Shown here: positions 53,665 through 55,874 of the stretch, piece by piece
Numbering within the stretch: position 1 is the stretch's first letter
Layout: every line of letters begins with the position of its first letter
Source of the DNA: an uncultured Christensenella sp.
GTDB lineage: Bacteria; Bacillota; Clostridia; Christensenellales; DTU072
Assembly (NCBI GenBank): GCA_964368435.1
Contig: CAYJBS010000003.1
Span: 1-55,874 of the forward strand
DNA length: 55,874 nt
Direction of reading: 5' to 3'
Notes under the pieces: model-generated
Seen by the model: only the letters and a program-made list of their open reading frames with translations
Databases searched by the model: none
Told to the model about the DNA's origin: nothing
Position numbers and translations under genes: made by a program

Positions 53665-55676
53665 CTATTCTTTCTTTTTTCTTATTGAAGGCAAATACAG
53701 CGCCACCATGAGCGCAACCGTGATAAGCGCCGCCGCCAAAGCCAGTGCCGCCAGCACAAAATCCCAAGTGTGTTTATTCTCGAGATCGTCGATTGCGTTG
53801 CTTAGTTCAGCCACAGCGCTGTCCACGCTTTGTTGCTGTGAATATGTCAAATTTTTGTTTTCATTCAGTTGGTTTAATGCCACCAAAGCGTCCTGATAAC
53901 GTTGCCAGCTTTCCTTTGTGTAGTGCTTTTTTTCTATGCTGAAAGCTTCTAATGTCATAAGAAGTTGTTTGGCTTGCGCATAATCGGCGTATCCGAAGGA
54001 TATGTTGGCGGCGTCTTGCGTAGCAGTGACACCGGCTTTCAAACAAAAATCTGCATCCCTGCCGAAAGCTTCATAAGGCGAATACAATGCGCCATCCGAC
54101 AAGACCAAGCTGTTGCCGCTGACGAGAGGGAAATAATAATATACCACTTCGTTGCCATATTGGCACCAATCAAAAAAGTCGGTATCCATACCAAATTTTA
54201 TCGGCGCGCCGTCTGATATGACTTTCATAACCAAAGCGCCTTTGCCTTCCGGTAGAATGATATTTTCTGCAATATCTATCGTGACATAGCCGTCGTGCGG
54301 AATGGTACCGTCGACGATAAGCGGCATAAGGGAATAATCGGGCGACACGCCGCCTTCCGAATCTACACCGGCATAATATATCTCGTATTCGCAACCCTTT
54401 CCTCCGATTGTCTCGAAGGTTATGTAATCAAGCTTGTTGCGACTGTCTTTGCTGAAATCAAAGATATTGATAACGGCGTAAGAGGCGGTATCAATAACTT
54501 CTTTGGGCAGGAAATGATTGGCGGCGCCGAACTCGTCAAGCTGATACCTTGTCGAGGTGTCGGCGGTTTTTATTCCGCTCACTGCGTAAGCGCGAGAACC
54601 GGGCAACAGGTTGTAAAGGGAAGCATCCTCATAAGAAACCCATATCAAACCGCAAATATCATAAGAGCCTTCTCCTTGAAAAGAGCGCACACCTTCGCCC
54701 CAGCTGTTTTTTAGCAGCCAAGCGCCGTTATTTTTTGGCAAGAACAAGGTGTTGAAATCGTCTTCGCTCAAGGCCTTGAAGGCGGTCAAACTCTCGACAT
54801 TCCAAGATTCAAGATAGTGGGCAAGTTTCGCCGGATTTTCGTTTGCAAGACTGTTAAGTTGCGCGGTAAGAGCTTCGCGGTCGATATGAAAGTTGTCTTT
54901 TGAAAAATTGTCATCATACCCCACGACGCTCATGGCATGCGCCGCCATTTCGGGCATCATTTTTGCCGACGCAATTGTGTAAGAGTACCTTCCGTCACTG
55001 TTTTGAACTATGCCGGCTTTGTAGGAATCCATTGCGCAATTTATGGTCATGGCGCCATAACTGATTATGCCACGCTTTATATTCTCTATCGTCGGAACGA
55101 CGGATACAACATCGGATATGCTGAACAAGGATTGCATTTCGGAAAAATTTTCCGGAGGAACAGCGTCCAATCCGTAAAAATAAGGCACATCGTTTCTTTC
55201 AGCGGACCACGGTTGGAGGTATAATAACCCCAAACGAACTCTTCAAAACCGCCTTCAAGCATAGCATCGTTTATTGTGCGGTTGGGACCATATCCCTGCG
55301 CGCCGCAACTGTCGCAAATAAAACTCAATCGTTGATAATCCAAAGAACATTTTTCGCCGCATTCAGAGCATTTTATGATCAAATCAAAACTCACCGCCTG
55401 TTCGGACAAATCAAAAAAATCGTCAGGAGAATCGGCATTTAGGTATCCCATAGCTTTAAGATTGGACTCCAAAGTGGCTATTGGACCAAATGCCCAACAA
55501 TTTCCGTGATAGCCTTGATCCTTGGTTGGAGAGATATATTCGGATGTATAACTTGCGGGCAGGATTTCCAAACTCTCTTCCAAAGAATAAGTTTCTGCGG
55601 ATGCCGTTTGAGATAATGATATGCCTGAAATAGCAATAATCAAAATTGCGGCAAGACCAAAGCATAGTTTTTTCAT
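53665..55676 (-). pseudogene. Papain-family (C1) cysteine peptidase, secreted with a C-terminal TM anchor, interrupted by a 1-nt frameshift
   Basis: Two overlapping - strand ORFs (55676-55086 and 55233-53665) together encode one C1 peptidase. The first carries GGAGG plus ATG, the signal peptide ...SQTASA|E and the catalytic Cys in QGYHGNCWAFG (codon 55497-55499). The second carries His in AAHAMSVVGYDD and Asn/Trp in WLLKNSWGE. It continues into a FIVAR-like helix pair (YTKESWQRYQDALVALNQL...SQQQSVDSAVAELSNAIDDL), then the TM helix WDFVLAALALAAALITVALMVALYL and KKKE. The frames meet most sensibly at CTGAAAGAAAC (+ strand 55192-55202). Confidence 0.8.
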
Positions 55677-55726
55677 TTTGCCTCCAAAAGAGTCAAGTCG
55701 ACAGAAAATTCTGCCCTTATTTTTTA

Positions 55727-55754
55727 ATTATAACACTTGTAGGCAAAAATGCAA
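55727..55754 (-). promoter_or_regulatory. Sigma-A promoter candidate for the C1 peptidase gene
   Basis: On the - strand: TTGCAT (55754-55749), a 16-nt spacer, then TATAAT (55732-55727) preceded by TG (TGtTATAAT). Confidence 0.5.
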
Positions 55755-55874
55755 TACGCGAAAGCTCCGATACGTCATTTCGTCCGAAGTGTACGAAGTG
55801 AAGAAAATCTCAATCCTTATGAATATAAGCGGATGAGATCCCTCTATTCCGCTATCGCTTCAATCGGGATGACA

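Noticed and set aside
55185-55205. The break in the C1 peptidase could be a programmed -1 ribosomal frameshift or transcriptional slippage.
   Set aside because: The site (CUG AAA GAA ACG) is not an X-XXY-YYZ slippery heptamer. I saw no obvious downstream stem or pseudoknot, and the A-runs are only 3 nt, too short for efficient polymerase slippage. An indel (sequencing error or mutation) is more parsimonious.
1-55874. I looked for CRISPR arrays, tRNA/rRNA genes, IS elements/transposases, integrases and phage structural genes.
   Set aside because: I saw no direct-repeat/spacer periodicity, no cloverleaf-like or rRNA-like segment in the few intergenic gaps, and no DDE/tyrosine-recombinase, terminase, portal or capsid-like ORFs. 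This was checked by eye only, so small ncRNAs could be missed.
55844-55874. A - strand gene may enter from the right edge and end here (...VIPIEAIAE then TAG), with a 5-bp hairpin GCGGA...TCCGC over the stop.
   Set aside because: Only nine codons are visible and the hairpin is weak. That is too little to call a CDS or a terminator.

Overview
This 55.9-kb chromosomal segment reads like an endospore-forming Firmicute of the Clostridia type. That placement is inferred from spoIIE, the spoIIE-tilS-hpt neighbourhood, AGGAGG-type ribosome-binding sites and dockerin/cohesin modules. Nearly all genes are on the + strand.

The left ~35 kb (about 63% of the window) is an accessory-looking island of three consecutive giant genes. 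The first is a 5'-truncated ORF with at least 2,967 codons visible (3-8906). The second is a predicted 6,332-aa lipoprotein (8936-27934). The third is a predicted 2,307-aa lipoprotein (28073-34996) that combines an M6/InhA-type HEXXH metallopeptidase, two RCC1-like propeller blocks, Big_2 modules, about nine Ig-like modules and a C-terminal dockerin. Its stop codon overlaps (ATGA) the start of a small cohesin-like lipoprotein (34993-35724).

The first two giants show no recognisable catalytic domain. They alternate beta-rich modules carrying a DP[YF]...LP motif with kilobase-scale, apparently alpha-helical tracts. Those tracts are punctuated by a recurring aromatic-centred motif, roughly E-[IV]-[KR]-A-x-[AS]-[WFY]-[DE]-x-[LF], that I cannot assign to a named family. 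This is my best candidate for something undescribed.

Downstream of the island, with tiny or overlapping gaps and no terminator until 42.1 kb, lie a GH20 hexosaminidase, a Ca2+-type P-type ATPase, an AXE1-like protein that seems to lack the nucleophile Ser, and signal peptidase I. Housekeeping genes follow (spoIIE, tilS, hpt, CCA-adding enzyme). Next is a GntR-headed orphan glycyl-radical-enzyme operon (GntR, GRE, activase, tandem PNPOx-like protein) with a perfect 8-1-8 palindromic operator over its promoter, then a GDPD-family phosphodiesterase. On the - strand is a papain-family (C1) cysteine peptidase broken by a 1-nt frameshift in an A-run.

I recognised no rRNA, tRNA, CRISPR array, transposase or phage structural gene. 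All domain calls come from motif reading by eye; no searches were run.
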